From Mobula hypostoma (taxonomy: Eukaryota): a stretch of 64,000 nucleotides of DNA. The stretch lies in contig NC_086097.1 of NCBI RefSeq assembly GCF_963921235.1, positions 21,702,001 to 21,766,000 of the forward strand. The letters are read 5' to 3'. Below are positions 40,606 through 52,450 of the stretch, in pieces. The notes beneath the pieces were generated by a model, which did no database searches, had not been told where the DNA came from, and worked only from the letters and a program-made list of their open reading frames with translations. Numbering within the stretch: position 1 is the first letter of the stretch; each line of letters opens with the position of its first letter. The position numbers were made by a program, and so were the translations under genes.

Positions 40606-43600
40606 ATGGAGTCTATTATTAATTTTGTCTCCTGGAATACTAATGGTCTTAATCATCCTATTAAAAGGAAAAAAGTTTTTAAAGTGTTCCGGAGACTTAA
40701 AGCACAAATTTTATTTTTACAAGAGACCCATGTACGGAGGGGGGACAGACTACGTTTTTTCAAATTTTGGAAGGGACAACAATTTCATTCGAACTCCAAT
40801 GCTAAGATTCGAGGCGTCTCTATCTTTATAGACTCCTCAGTTACTTTTATACAACAGGATATTATCTCTGATCCGAATGGTAGATTTTTATTGGTTAGTG
40901 GTTTATTATTTAATAAAAAAGTAGTTTTGGTTAATGTTTATGCTCCTAATATGGATTGTCCGGAATTTTATAAATCATTGTTTGATCAGTTTCCGAATTT
41001 GAACGAGTTTTCATTGATTTGGGGCGGAGATCTTAATACCTGTTTATCTCCAGCTTTGGACCGTTCGGCTCCTTTACGGACTTTACCTAATAAATCTGCA
41101 AATTTGATTAATTTTTTCCTTTCTGATTCTGGGTCGACGGACATTTGGCGTTTTCTGCATCCTCAGGAAAAAGATTTTTCCTTCTTTTCACATGTTCATC
41201 ATTCCTATTCAAGAATTGATTATTTTTTCATTGATTCTCGTCTCATTTCTTCAGTGATTAAATGTGATTATGATTCTATAACCATTTCGGATCATGCTCC
41301 ACTTAAGCTTTCTATTAAAATTATGGCCAATATACCAAACAATAGACAATGGCGTTTTAATTCGCTGTTGCTTCAGGACTCGGACTTTGTTAATTTTATG
41401 AATGAACAGATTGAGCTTTTTTTTACAATTAACCATACAGAAGATATTTCGGTTAACACTCTTTGGGACACTTTTAAAGCCTATATTCGGGGTCAGATTA
41501 TTTCGTATTCCGTTGCTTTGAGGAAGAAACAGAAGCAGGAGGAGATGGTAATTGTGGACAAGATTAAAGAAATTGATAAGAAATATGTTATGGCTCCTTC
41601 TGAGGAGCTATACAAACAAAGAACTGAACTTCAAATGGAACACAGTTTACTACTCTCGTCCTCGATTGTAAACCAATTAAAGAAAACAAGAAGTGATTTT
41701 TATGTTCACAGTGATAAAATTGGCAAGCTGCTGGCTAATCAATTGAAATCTAATTATGTTAAATCTCAAATCAATCAGATTTATAACCAAAATGATCGAT
41801 TGATATTGGATCATGTGGGGATTAATCAAACCTTTTGTGATTTTTATTCTTCTTTATACCAATCAGAGTCTCCTCGAGATTCTAAATATATGAATGATTT
41901 TTTAGATAAGTTAGACTTCCCTCTGATTTCACAGGATATGTCTTCTTTATTAGATACTTCCATTACAATGGATGAGATTAAGAATGTTATTTTTTCTATG
42001 AATCTGGGGAAAGCTCCTGGCCCTGATGGGTTTACCGTTGAATTTTATAAATGTTTTGCTTCTTTATTGATTCCTTGGCTCTATAAGGTTTTTGAGGCTT
42101 CTTTGAAACTTGGTAAACTTCCGGAATCTTTTAATAGAGCATCAATTTCTTTAATACTAAAGAAGGATAAAGACCCTGCTCAATGTGCATCTTATAGACC
42201 AATATCTTTATTAAATGTTGATTCTAAAGTTTTTTCTAAGTTATTAGCAAATAGACTAGAAAAAGTACTTCCTTCTATTATTTCGGAAGACCAAACGGGT
42301 TTTATTAAAGGTCGTTACTCTTTTTATAATATTCGTACATTGTTAAATATCGTTTATACTCCCTCACAAAATGTTCCTGAGTGTGTTATTTCTTTAGATG
42401 CCGAGAAAGCTTTTGATAGAGTAGAATGGCCTTATTTATTTAAGGTGCTTGAAATGTTTAATTTTAGCTTGAAATTTATATCCTGGATTAAACTGTTATA
42501 TTATTCCCCTGTAGCCTCGGTTCGTACTAACTCCTTAAACTCACCTTTTTTTCCTCTCTTTCGTGGTACTCGACAAGGCTGTCCTCTTAGTCCCCTATTA
42601 TTTGATATTGCATTAGAACCTCTTGCAATTGCTATTCGAGAATCTTTAAATATTACTGGGATAACTCGGGGATTAAAGTCCCATAAATTATCACTCTATG
42701 CTGATGATTTACTTTTATATATTTCTAATCCTGAGAGATCCATTCCTGCTGTTTTAGAGTTATTAGCACAATTTGGTCTTTTCTCAGGTTATAAATTAAA
42801 TCTTAGTAAGAGTGAACTTTTTCCGATTAATAAACATCTTCCCTTATATTATAAATTTCCATTTAAATTGATTAATAATTACTTTTCATATCTTGGGATT
42901 AAAATTACTTGTAAACATAAAGATTTATTTAAGACTAACTTTTTACCATTAATAGACCATATTACTCAACTTTCATCTAAATGGTTTCCCTTATATTTAA
43001 CTTTGATTGGTCGTATTAATGCAGTTAAGATGTTTTTTTTGCCAAAATTTTTATATGTGTTTCAGGCATTACCAATTTTCGTTCCTAAATCTTTTTTTGA
43101 TAAAGTTGACTCTAAAATTTCTTCATTTATTTGGCAGAACAAGAATCCGAGACTGGGTAAAATACATTTACAGAAAGCTAAGAGAGATGGAGGTTTAGCA
43201 TTACCTAACTTTAGATTTTATTATTGGGCTATTAATATTCGACATATGAAATTTTGGTTACTTGATCGGGACATACTATTTATTCCTAAATGGGTAGCAT
43301 TGGAATTACAATCTGTTCAGGGTTATACACTTGGTTCTATTTTAGGTTCCTCTCTTCCTTTTGATTCGAAACGTCTTAAGCAGGTCTCTAACCCGATAGT
43401 TAAATATGCTTTGCGCATTTGGTTTCAATTCAGAAAATTTTTTGATCTTAATCAATTCGGGTTAGCGATTCCTATTTTAGGTAACATATTTTTTCCTCCC
43501 TCTTTTACGGATCGCGCTTTTCAAACTTGGAAGACTAAGGGTATTTTACGGTTTTTGGATTTATTTTTAGATGGTTCCCTTATGTCTTTTGAACAATTAT

Positions 43601-44382
43601 CTAACAAATATAACTTATCAAGAATACATTTTTTTAGATATTTACAAGTTAGAAATTTCCTAAGTACTATACTTACTTCCTTTCCAATGCTTCCTCCTAT
43701 ATATATTTTAGATTCGATAATTAACCTTAATCCATGTCAGAAAGGTGCATCGGCTATGATTTATAATATTATTATGAAACTTAGGAAAGCTCCATTTGAT
43801 AAGATTAGGGTAGATTGGGAACAGGAATTGGGGCTTACCATTTCTGTGGATGATTGGGGGCAGATTTTACAATTAGTTAATACTTCCTCTATTTGTGCTA
43901 AACATTCCCTAATTCAATTTAAAGTGGTTCATAGAGCACATATGTCCAAAGATAAGTTAGCGCGTTTTTACTCGCATATTAATCCTTTCTGTGATAGATG
44001 TTCGGGGCAGATAGCCTCTTTAACTCATATGTTTTGGTCTTGCCCTACTTTGGAAACTTTTTGGAGAGATATTTTCAATATTATTTCTAAGGTATTAAAT
44101 ATAGATATCTCTCCTCACCCTATTACTGCTATCTTTGGACTACCTAAAATTTCTAGTAATCTTTCCCCTTCAGCCCGTAGAATGATTGCATTTCTTACTT
44201 TAATGGCGAAAAGATGTATTTTACAACATTGGAAAGAGCTTAATGCTCCAACTACCTTTTTTTGGTTTTCTCAGACGATTTTATGTTTGAATCTGGAGAA
44301 AATTAGAAGTAACCTTTATGATTCTTCATTTAAATTTGAACAGATTTGGGGACCTTTTATTCGATATTTTCATTTAATGTAA
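40606..44382 (+). CDS. L1 ORF2p (APE endonuclease + reverse transcriptase + CCHC), 1258 aa, uninterrupted
   Basis: EN: SWNTNGL, LQETH, GGDLN, SRIDYF, SDHAP; RT: KAPGPDG, YRPISLLN, LDAEKAFD, GTRQGCPLSP, YADD, YLGI; C-terminal CDRC-x8-HMFWSC; first ATG in frame is at 40606. Confidence 0.97.
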   Translation: MESIINFVSWNTNGLNHPIKRKKVFKVFRRLKAQILFLQETHVRRGDRLRFFKFWKGQQFHSNSNAKIRGVSIFIDSSVTFIQQDIISDPNGRFLLVSGLLFNKKVVLVNVYAPNMDCPEFYKSLFDQFPNLNEFSLIWGGDLNTCLSPALDRSAPLRTLPNKSANLINFFLSDSGSTDIWRFLHPQEKDFSFFSHVHHSYSRIDYFFIDSRLISSVIKCDYDSITISDHAPLKLSIKIMANIPNNRQWRFNSLLLQDSDFVNFMNEQIELFFTINHTEDISVNTLWDTFKAYIRGQIISYSVALRKKQKQEEMVIVDKIKEIDKKYVMAPSEELYKQRTELQMEHSLLLSSSIVNQLKKTRSDFYVHSDKIGKLLANQLKSNYVKSQINQIYNQNDRLILDHVGINQTFCDFYSSLYQSESPRDSKYMNDFLDKLDFPLISQDMSSLLDTSITMDEIKNVIFSMNLGKAPGPDGFTVEFYKCFASLLIPWLYKVFEASLKLGKLPESFNRASISLILKKDKDPAQCASYRPISLLNVDSKVFSKLLANRLEKVLPSIISEDQTGFIKGRYSFYNIRTLLNIVYTPSQNVPECVISLDAEKAFDRVEWPYLFKVLEMFNFSLKFISWIKLLYYSPVASVRTNSLNSPFFPLFRGTRQGCPLSPLLFDIALEPLAIAIRESLNITGITRGLKSHKLSLYADDLLLYISNPERSIPAVLELLAQFGLFSGYKLNLSKSELFPINKHLPLYYKFPFKLINNYFSYLGIKITCKHKDLFKTNFLPLIDHITQLSSKWFPLYLTLIGRINAVKMFFLPKFLYVFQALPIFVPKSFFDKVDSKISSFIWQNKNPRLGKIHLQKAKRDGGLALPNFRFYYWAINIRHMKFWLLDRDILFIPKWVALELQSVQGYTLGSILGSSLPFDSKRLKQVSNPIVKYALRIWFQFRKFFDLNQFGLAIPILGNIFFPPSFTDRAFQTWKTKGILRFLDLFLDGSLMSFEQLSNKYNLSRIHFFRYLQVRNFLSTILTSFPMLPPIYILDSIINLNPCQKGASAMIYNIIMKLRKAPFDKIRVDWEQELGLTISVDDWGQILQLVNTSSICAKHSLIQFKVVHRAHMSKDKLARFYSHINPFCDRCSGQIASLTHMFWSCPTLETFWRDIFNIISKVLNIDISPHPITAIFGLPKISSNLSPSARRMIAFLTLMAKRCILQHWKELNAPTTFFWFSQTILCLNLEKIRSNLYDSSFKFEQIWGPFIRYFHLM

Positions 44383-44754
44383 TATTTACCCTTCTTGTTT
44401 TCTCTTCACTGTTTTAATGGAGGTCGGGATTGAGGACGTGATTTTAAGTTTAACTCTGTTCGGTTTCAAGTTAGCCCATTGCTTTGCTTTGCTTTTAGTT
44501 AGTTGCACGGTGGGTTTTTTTTTGGGGTTTTTTTTTTCTTTTTTTCCATTGATATATATAAAATCTAGTATACTATTATGTTATCTTGGTTTCTTATGCT
44601 TAAATTACATTGTTTGTAGTATTTTCTTTTTGGTATTGTTATCTTTTGGAATTTTATTATACTTTAACATTGTATTAATGTTTATATGGCTTACCTTTTT
44701 TGTATACTTACTCAATAAAAAGATTTAAAAAGAAAGAAAGAACACCACAAGACC

Positions 44755-44975
44755 ATAGACCATAAGGTATAGGAGCTGAATTAAGCCCGTCAGCCATGCA
44801 GCCCATTAACTCTGCTCCGTCATTCCAACATGGCTGATTTATTATCCCTCTCAACCCCATTCTCCTGCCTTCTCCCCGTAACCTTTGACAACCTGACTAA
44901 TCTAGAACCTATGAACATCTGCTTTAAATATGCTGGATGTCTTGGCCTCCACAGCCATCTGTGGCAATGAATTCA
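44755..44975 (-). mobile_element. CR1 3' end whose tail abuts the L1 TSD
   Basis: GACCATA tail repeats; matches other CR1 3' ends. Confidence 0.75.
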
Positions 44976-45799
44976 GAATCATGTTCCAGTGTCACCGGCA
45001 TATGTTGTGAAATTTGTTAACTTAGTGGCAGCAGTACAATGCAATACATGATAATTTAGAAAAAATTATTAAGTAAATCAATCACAGTAAGTATATATAT
45101 GTATATTAAATAGTTAAATTCAAAATAGTGCAAAAACAGAAATAATATATAAAATAAAATGAGGTAGTGTTCATGGGTTCAATGTCTATTTAGGAATCGG
45201 ATGGCAGAGAGGAAGAAGCTGTTCCTGAATCGCTGAGTGTGTATCTCCTTCCTTAGATTCGCCTCCAACTAAAGAAATTCTTGTTTTGTCAGCTATCTCT
45301 GAAGCTGTTTGACATCGCTGTGAGAGTTTCACAGTTCAGGACTGTAAAACTCCAACAACCCAGTGGCTGAATATTTTCTAGAGTATATTTCTGGTTGGCA
45401 ACACAATGTTGATGAAAGCAGAGTGTTGCATCTTAACATCCAAATGTCATGACTTGTTGGTTTCTTCAATATAAGCTGACTACCCCGGTGTAGAATGGGA
45501 ACTATGCCAGCTTCGTCATAATATAGTCTAGCTGTTGGCATAGCACTTTACAGCGCTAACTAGTGGAAGATCAGCATTCCAATTCCTGTCACTGTATGTA
45601 AAGAGTTTGTACATTTTCCCCATGACTGCGTGGGTTTTTCCAGGTGCTGCTCTGGTTTCCTCTCACGTTCCAAAGATGTACTGCTTGGTAAGGGTTAGTA
45701 AGTTGTGGGCATGCTATGTTAGTGCCGGAAGCACTTGTGGACATCTCCCAGCACATTCCCAGACTATGTTTAGTCTTTGACACAAAAGACGCATCTCAC

Positions 45800-46285
45800 T
45801 GTTCATGCCATCAGGTTGGAGGCTATCCAGACAGAATATGAGGTGTTGCTCCTCCAATCTGAGAGTGGCCTCATCTTGGCAAGAGAGGAGGTCATGGACT
45901 GACATGTTAGAATAGGACTGGACATTGGAATTAAAATGGGCAACCACTGGGAAATCCAGCTTTCTGCAGATGGAGCAAAGGTGCTCGACATAGTGGTCCC
46001 CCAATGTACATCATGTCTCACCAATGTAGAGGAGGCTGGATCAGGAGCACCAGGTACAGTAGGCGACCCCAACAGATTTGCAGGACTAAATGGTGGTGAG
46101 GAAGGACGTGAATGGGTAGGTGTGGCATTCCTTCTGCTTGCAGGGATAAACTCCAGGAGGGAGATTAGTTGGGAGGGACAAACGGAGAAGGGAAGGAGCA
46201 ATCCTTGTGGAAGGCAGAGAATGGGTGGGGAGGTAAAGAGGGGTTTGGCAGTAGGGTTTTGTTGAAGATGGAGGAAGTGTTAATT
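45800..46285 (-). mobile_element. Penelope-like GIY-YIG fragment
   Basis: PVVAHFN..QDEATLRLEEQHLIFCLDSLQPDGMN. Confidence 0.85.
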
Positions 46286-46349
46286 ATGCTCTCATTGTGT
46301 AATATTGTTAACTGTTGCCTCAAATACAAAAATAACAACTGTTGACAGA

Positions 46350-46945
46350 CCTCTGAAGATGCACAGTGGAGAGTATACTGACAGGTTGCATCGTGACCTG
46401 GTATGGAAACGCCAATGCCCAAGAAGGGAAAAGTCTACAGAATGTGATGGATACAGCCCAATCCGTCACAGGAAAAGCCCTCCCCACCACGAAGCACATT
46501 TACAACAAGCACTGCCACAAGAAAGCAGCATCCATCACCAAAGACCCCCGCCATGCAGGCTATGCTCTCTTCTTGCTCCAACCATCAGGAAGGAGGTACA
46601 GGAGCCTTGGGTCCAACACTATCAGGCTCAGGAACTGTAATTACCCTTCAACTATCAGGCTTCTGAACTGGTGTGGATAACTTCACGCACCTCAAATCTG
46701 AACTGATTCCACATCCTTCAAGGACTCTTTACAACTCATTCTCAGTATTATTTATTTTCATTTATTTGCACAATTTGTCTTCTTTTGCATAATGATTGTT
46801 TGTTAGTCTTTGTTCATGTTTTTCATAAATTCTGTTGTATTTATTTATTTTCCTGTAAATGCCTGAAAGAAAATGAATCTCAGGATAGCATTTGGTGACA
46901 TATATATATCTATAGATAATAAATTTACTGTGACTTTGACTTTGA
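46350..46945 (+). mobile_element. Rex1/Babar-like LINE 3' fragment
   Basis: ESILTGCIVTWYGN..LQNVMDTAQSVTG..LQPSGRRYRSL; (GACTTT)n tail. Confidence 0.8.
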
Positions 46946-47335
46946 CATTTTTGCCCCAACTGTAATGGTGTGAACTGCACATCAGCCTCGGTGCTTTTAG
47001 CTGTAATGCTCTCAGATGTAGCAACTGTACTGATATCAGCTGTAATAATCTCAGCTACACAGGATCGACTGTTCCCTCAGCTCTAATGGATCGACTTGTC
47101 TCAGCTGTAGTAGTTTCAGGTGCTCTGTCTGCTTCTGTAATGTTAGCTATTGCGTTAACTATAAAAGCGTGAACTGCAATGCCTGCTGGAGGATTGTTAT
47201 GAAGATTAACAAGATAGCTTCATTGAAACATGCAGTGAAATATGTCAAATTAAAGTGAGAATTGCGCTGGGGGTAGCCTGCAATATCTACATGGTTCTGA
47301 TGCCAACATAACATGCCCACAACATGCCCATAACA

Positions 47336-48736
47336 ACCTGGTCCATTTCTGACACCTCCCTCCCCTTTCTAGATCTTTCTGTCTCTATCTCTGGAGACAG
47401 CTTATCTACTGATGTCTACTGTAAGCCTACTGACTCTCACAGCTATCTGGACTATTCCTCTTCTCACCCTGTCTCTTGCAAAAATGCCATCCCCTTCTCG
47501 CAATTCCTCCGTCTCCGCCGCATCTGCTCTCAGGATGAGACTTTTCATTCTGGGACGAGGGAGATGTCCTCCTTTTTTAAAGAAAGGGGCTTCCCTTCCT
47601 CCACCATCAACTCTGCTCTCAAACGCATCTCCCCCATTTCACGCACATCTGCTCTCGCTCCATCCTCCTGCTACCCCACCAGGAATAGGGTTCCCCTTGT
47701 CCTCACCTACCACCCCGCCAGCCTCTGGGTCCAACATATAATCCTCTGTAACTTCCTCCACCTCCAACGGGATCCCACCACTAAGCATATCTTTCCCTCC
47801 CCGCCTCTCTCTGCTTTCTGCAGGGATCACTCCCTATGCGACTCCCTTGTCCATTCATCCCTCCCCATCCCTCCCCACTGATCTCCCTCCTGGCACTTAG
47901 CCTTGTAAGCGGAACAAGTGCTACACATGCCCTTACACTTCCTCCCTCACCACCACCATTCAGGGTCCCAGACAGTCCTTCCAGGTGAAGGGACACTTCA
48001 CCTGTGAGTCAGCAGGGGTGATATACTGAGTCCGGTGCTCCCGATGTGGCCTTCTATATATTGGCGAGACCCGACGCAGACTGGGAGATCGTTTCGCTGA
48101 ACACCTGCGCTCTGTCCGCCAGAGAAAGCAGGATCTCCCAGTGGTCACACATTTTAATTCTACGTCCCATTCCCATTCTGATATGTCTATCCACGGCCTC
48201 CTCTACTGTAAAGATGAAGCCACACTCAGGTTGGAGGAACAACACCTTATATTCCGTCTGGGTAGCCTCCAACCTGATGGCATGAACATTGACTTCTCAA
48301 ACTTCCACTAATGCCCCGCCTCCCCCTCGTACCCCATCCATTATTTATTTATATACACACATTCTTTTTCTCTCTCTCCTTTTTCTTCTGTCCCTCTCAC
48401 TATACCCCTTGCCCATCCTCTGGGTTTTTCCCCCCTTCCTCTTTTTCTCCCTAGGCCTCCTGTCCCATGATCCTCTCATATCCCTTTTGCCAATCACCTG
48501 TCCAGCTCTTGGCTCCATCCCTCCCCCTCCTGTCTTCTCCTATCATTTTGGATCTCCCCCTCCCCGTCCCACTTTCAAATCTCTTACTAGCTCTTCCTTC
48601 AGTTAGTCCTGACGAAGGATCTCGGCCCGAAACACCGAATGTACCACTTGCTAGAGATACTGCCTGGCCTGCTGCGTTCACCAGCAACTTTTATGTGTGT
48701 TGCTTTAAGTTCGAGCATCTGCAGATTTCCTTGTGT
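47336..48736 (+). mobile_element. 5'-truncated Penelope-like element (RT C-terminus + GIY-YIG endonuclease + terminus), few disabling mutations
   Basis: LPFLDLSV..TDVYCKPTDSHSYLDYSSSHP..QFLRLRRICS; GVIY*VRCSRCGLLYIGETRRRLGDRFAEH; 11-bp duplication ATGCCCACAAC at 47313-47323 and 48737-48747. Confidence 0.92.
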
Positions 48737-49209
48737 ATGCCCACAACTCTAACCTGTACACCTGTGGACTGTGGGAGGGAACGTACACGGTCACGGGGAG
48801 AATGAACAAACCTTACAGGCAGTGGCAAGAATTGAACCCGGGTCGCCAGGACTGCAGAGCGTTGTGCTAACCACTGTACCACCATTCTTGACAGTGGTGG
48901 GAATTGAACCCCGATCTTACCGCTGCTGCTGCAAAGTGAGTGCACAAACCGCTACACTACTGTTCTGCGTGGGGTTATTAAATCCTACTGCTTTTGGGTA
49001 ATTGAAATTCAGGAATTAATTAAATTTGGAAATGCAAGAGCATGGTTTTGGTAATGGTGATCATTAAACATCCAGATTATTATAAAATCCATCTAGTTTA
49101 CGGATCTTGTTTACTTCAACTCAGTTGCAGTCTGCATGAGATCAGCAGCCACTCAGTTCAAAGGTTTGCAGAGTTGGACAATGAATTCTAATTTTGCCAG
49201 TGGTATCCA

Positions 49210-49780
49210 CGTCTCCTGAGTGAAGAGCTGTCAGGTAACGTTGCCACACTATAAAATTCTGGTTAAACCGCACTTGGAGTATTGTGTTCATTTCTGGCCA
49301 CCGCGTAGGAAGGATATAGAAGCTTTGGGAGAGGGCGCAGAGGAGGTTTACCAGGATGCTGCCTGGACTAGAGAGCATGTCGTATGAAGGTTGAGTGAAG
49401 GCTGACTTTGGAGTGAAGGAAGGGAAGAGGTGATTTGATAGTGATATGCATGATGATAAGAAACATAGATTGAGTGGGTAGCTAGTTAATAAAAGCGAGC
49501 ATAATTTTAAGGTGATTGAGGAAAGTATAGGGGGGATATCGGAGTTAAGAATTTTACACACAGAGACTGCTGTGTGGAATGCCCTGCCAGGAGTGTTGGT
49601 AGAGGCAGATAAACTCGAGGCATACAGAAAACTCTGATAGAAGCCAGTGGATGATAGAAAAGTGCAGTGCTATGTAGGAGAAAAGGATTATATTATACTG
49701 ATCTTAGAGCTGGTTAAAAAGTTGGCACAACAATGTGGGCCGAATGGCCTGTACTGTGTTGTAATGTTCCATGTTCTCGG
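49210..49780 (+). mobile_element. CR1 3' fragment
   Basis: LVKPHLEYCVHFW-like region; CR1 3'UTR. Confidence 0.8.
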
Positions 49781-50959
49781 AACGAAAGTAGTTTCAGCTG
49801 CAAAGGTGTCAACTGTGGCCCAAGCTATAGATGTGGCAGTTGTAACAGCACAATTTGTGTATTTAGGTGGCAGCTGTTATATTAAGTGTTATAAAAAGAA
49901 ACAGCTATATTTGTGTCAGTCACAATAGCGTCAGGTGTCATTGTGTCAGCTATACTGTGTCAGCGGTAACCAGGATGCTAACACCAGTTTCTTTGCCAAT
50001 CAAATGGAACCACATGTACGAGCCATTCATTATTTTGTTATTTGTCAAGAAGAATTCCTCACTGAACTGGTTTACTCCTTTGCTAACTCAACTCTGAACT
50101 GACTGCGCAACCTACAGACTCACTATCAAGGACTCCACAACTCATCATCTCAGTGTTATTTATTTATTTATCTGTGCACTTTTTATTTGCACAGTTTGTC
50201 TTATTTTACACATTGGTTGTTCGTCAGTCTTTGAGTGCAGTTCGTCAATGGTTCTACTGTATTTCTCTGTTCCACTCTGCATGCCTGCCAAGAGATTGAA
50301 TCTCATGGTAGTATATGGTAATATATACTGTACATACTTCGATAATGCATTTACTTTGAACGTTGAACTTTTGTTTAATGCCAGCATAAACTTTAAGAAT
50401 GTGCTACAAGGTGCAGAATAATAAAGAGGTAGATTTTTGGGGATGAGATTGAAAATGAAGGTTTGATTTTATTCAATGAATCCCTGAGTAATTTGAATTC
50501 AGTGAAGTGTCGCAGTTTTATAAGCAGTGACCCACAGCCTGAATGAGTGGTTCACTACACTCAGCTCAGCACTCATTCTACAACCTATGGACTCATTTTC
50601 AAACTCTCTACAATTCAAAGTGTTATTTATTTACTTATTTATTGTTACTATCATTTGTTTTTCTTTTTGAATTTGTTCGTCATCTTTTGCACATTGGTTA
50701 TTTGTCCAGCTTTCTTTGTGTATAGTTCTTCACCAATTCTATTGTGTTCTTTGTATTTTTTGTGAATGTCTGCAGGAAAATGAATATGGGTAGTATATGC
50801 TGACATGTACATAGCTTGATAGTAAATTTACTTTGAACTTTGAATGACTGACATTTTACTTGTGTTGCCTTACCCGGGGCTTGGACGAGACAAGTGAGCC
50901 TTTAGCCTAAGATTGTCTGGAAGATATCTCTGCTGGCATCTCCTCGTCTGCCCAACACC

Positions 50960-51335
50960 TAACTCTGGTGCCCTTCCTCTTTCCCTTTCTCTCATGGTAC
51001 ACTCTCCCCTCCTATCAGATTCCTTTTTCTTCAGCCTTCTACCTCTTCAATTATCACCTCACAGCTTCTCTCTTCATCCACATTCCCCCAACCATCCAAC
51101 CTCACCCCCTCACCTAGTTCCACCTATCACCTGTCAGCTTGTATAGCTTCCCCTCCTCCCACTCCATGTCCTTATTCTGGCTTCTTCCCACTTCCTTCCC
51201 TGTCCTGATGGAGGGTCTTGGCCCAAAACATCAACTGTTTAATTCCTCTTCATAAGTACTGCCTGACTTGCTGAGTTCCTCCGGCATTTTGTGCTGCTCA
51301 GGGTTTCCTACATCTGCACAATCTCTCGTGTTTGT
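50960..51335 (+). mobile_element. Penelope-like terminus
   Basis: Matches 24060-24370. Confidence 0.75.
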
Positions 51336-51869
51336 AATCTCTGCTGGCATTACAGTGCTCACTGTCCAATGGTGTGGTGTGTAGAGCTTTATTAGAGGAA
51401 GGTCTGTAATTGATAACGCAGAGTGATTTTTGTATGGTTCTCTTGATTCCTTGTGCCCAAGCCTGCCTAAAACATTGAGAATATTGTCAATCATTCTGCT
51501 TCAGGAGCTGGAAGTGCCTCCTCCATTAAAAGCTCTCAGCTTCTCTTCACATACGATTTTGTCACATGGTCCTAATGTCATTATCTGTTGGTAAAGGTTT
51601 ATACAAACCTTTATCTTGAATTCAAATCAGTGGACCGGGAACAGTTAATACTCATAGTTATTTCAGAAAGACAAGACAATCCCTCACTAGCTGTGTGTAT
51701 AACAGAGTCACAGACTCTTTGCAAAGGAGGCTATTTGGCCCATTGCCTACATAAGGCTCCCTACAGACTAATCCATTTACTGCTGTTTCCATGCTCTTTC
51801 TCCACAATCCTCTAAGTTTCCCTTAAAGAAACATCAAAATCTAGAAAATCTGGAGTAAATCATTCATCT

Positions 51870-52450
51870 CTAGACCATAGGGCATAGGAGCGGAATTAAG
51901 ATATTTGTTCCATCGAGCCTGCTCTGCTGTGGCTGATTTATCTTCCTTCTCAATCCCATTCTCCTGCCTTCTCTCCATAACCTTTGAAGTCCTTACGAAT
52001 CAAGAAATTATCAACCTCTGCTTTAATAACTTGGCCTCCACAGCCAACTGGTTGGCAATGAATTCCATAGATTCTCCATCCTCTGGATAAAGAAGTTTCT
52101 CCTCATCTCTTCCTAAAGGGATATCCTTCTATTCTGAGGCTGTACCCTCTGTTCCTAGACTCCCCCACTCTTGGAAACATTGACTCCATGTCCACTCTAC
52201 TTGATTATTTCAATATTCAGTAGTTTTCAGTGGGATTCCCCCCCCCCCATTCTTCCAAGCTCCAGCAAGAACAGGCCCAGAGCCATAAACGCTCTTCATA
52301 TGTCAATTCTTTCACTCTCAGGATCATTCTCATGAACCTCCTCTGGACCATCTCCAATGTCAGCAAATCCTTTCTTGTATATGGGGCCCAAAATTGTTCA
52401 CAATACTCCAAGTGTGGTCTGACCAATGGCTTACAAAGTCTCAGCATTAC
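51870..52450 (-). mobile_element. CR1 3' fragment
   Basis: LVRPHLEYCEQFWAPY..VQRRFMRMI. Confidence 0.85.

Larger units (their letters stand above)
38839..44740. mobile_element. Full-length L1-clade LINE with inverted 5' block (38839-40360 antisense, 40361-44740 sense)
   Basis: Perfect 14-bp TSD AACACCACAAGACC at 38825-38838 and 44741-44754; TT/AA target; AATAAA at 44714-44719 followed by an AAAAAGAAAGAAAG tail; GACTTCCGG 5' terminus at 40360 on the minus strand. Confidence 0.95.

Noticed and set aside
44417..44728. 103-aa Phe/Leu-rich ORF after ORF2
   Set aside because: Lies in the T-rich 3'UTR, where stop codons are compositionally rare; no recognisable motif.
38839..44740. Two independent L1 insertions back to back
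   Set aside because: One TSD pair encloses both parts, the parts are complementary without overlap, and the left part has no tail.
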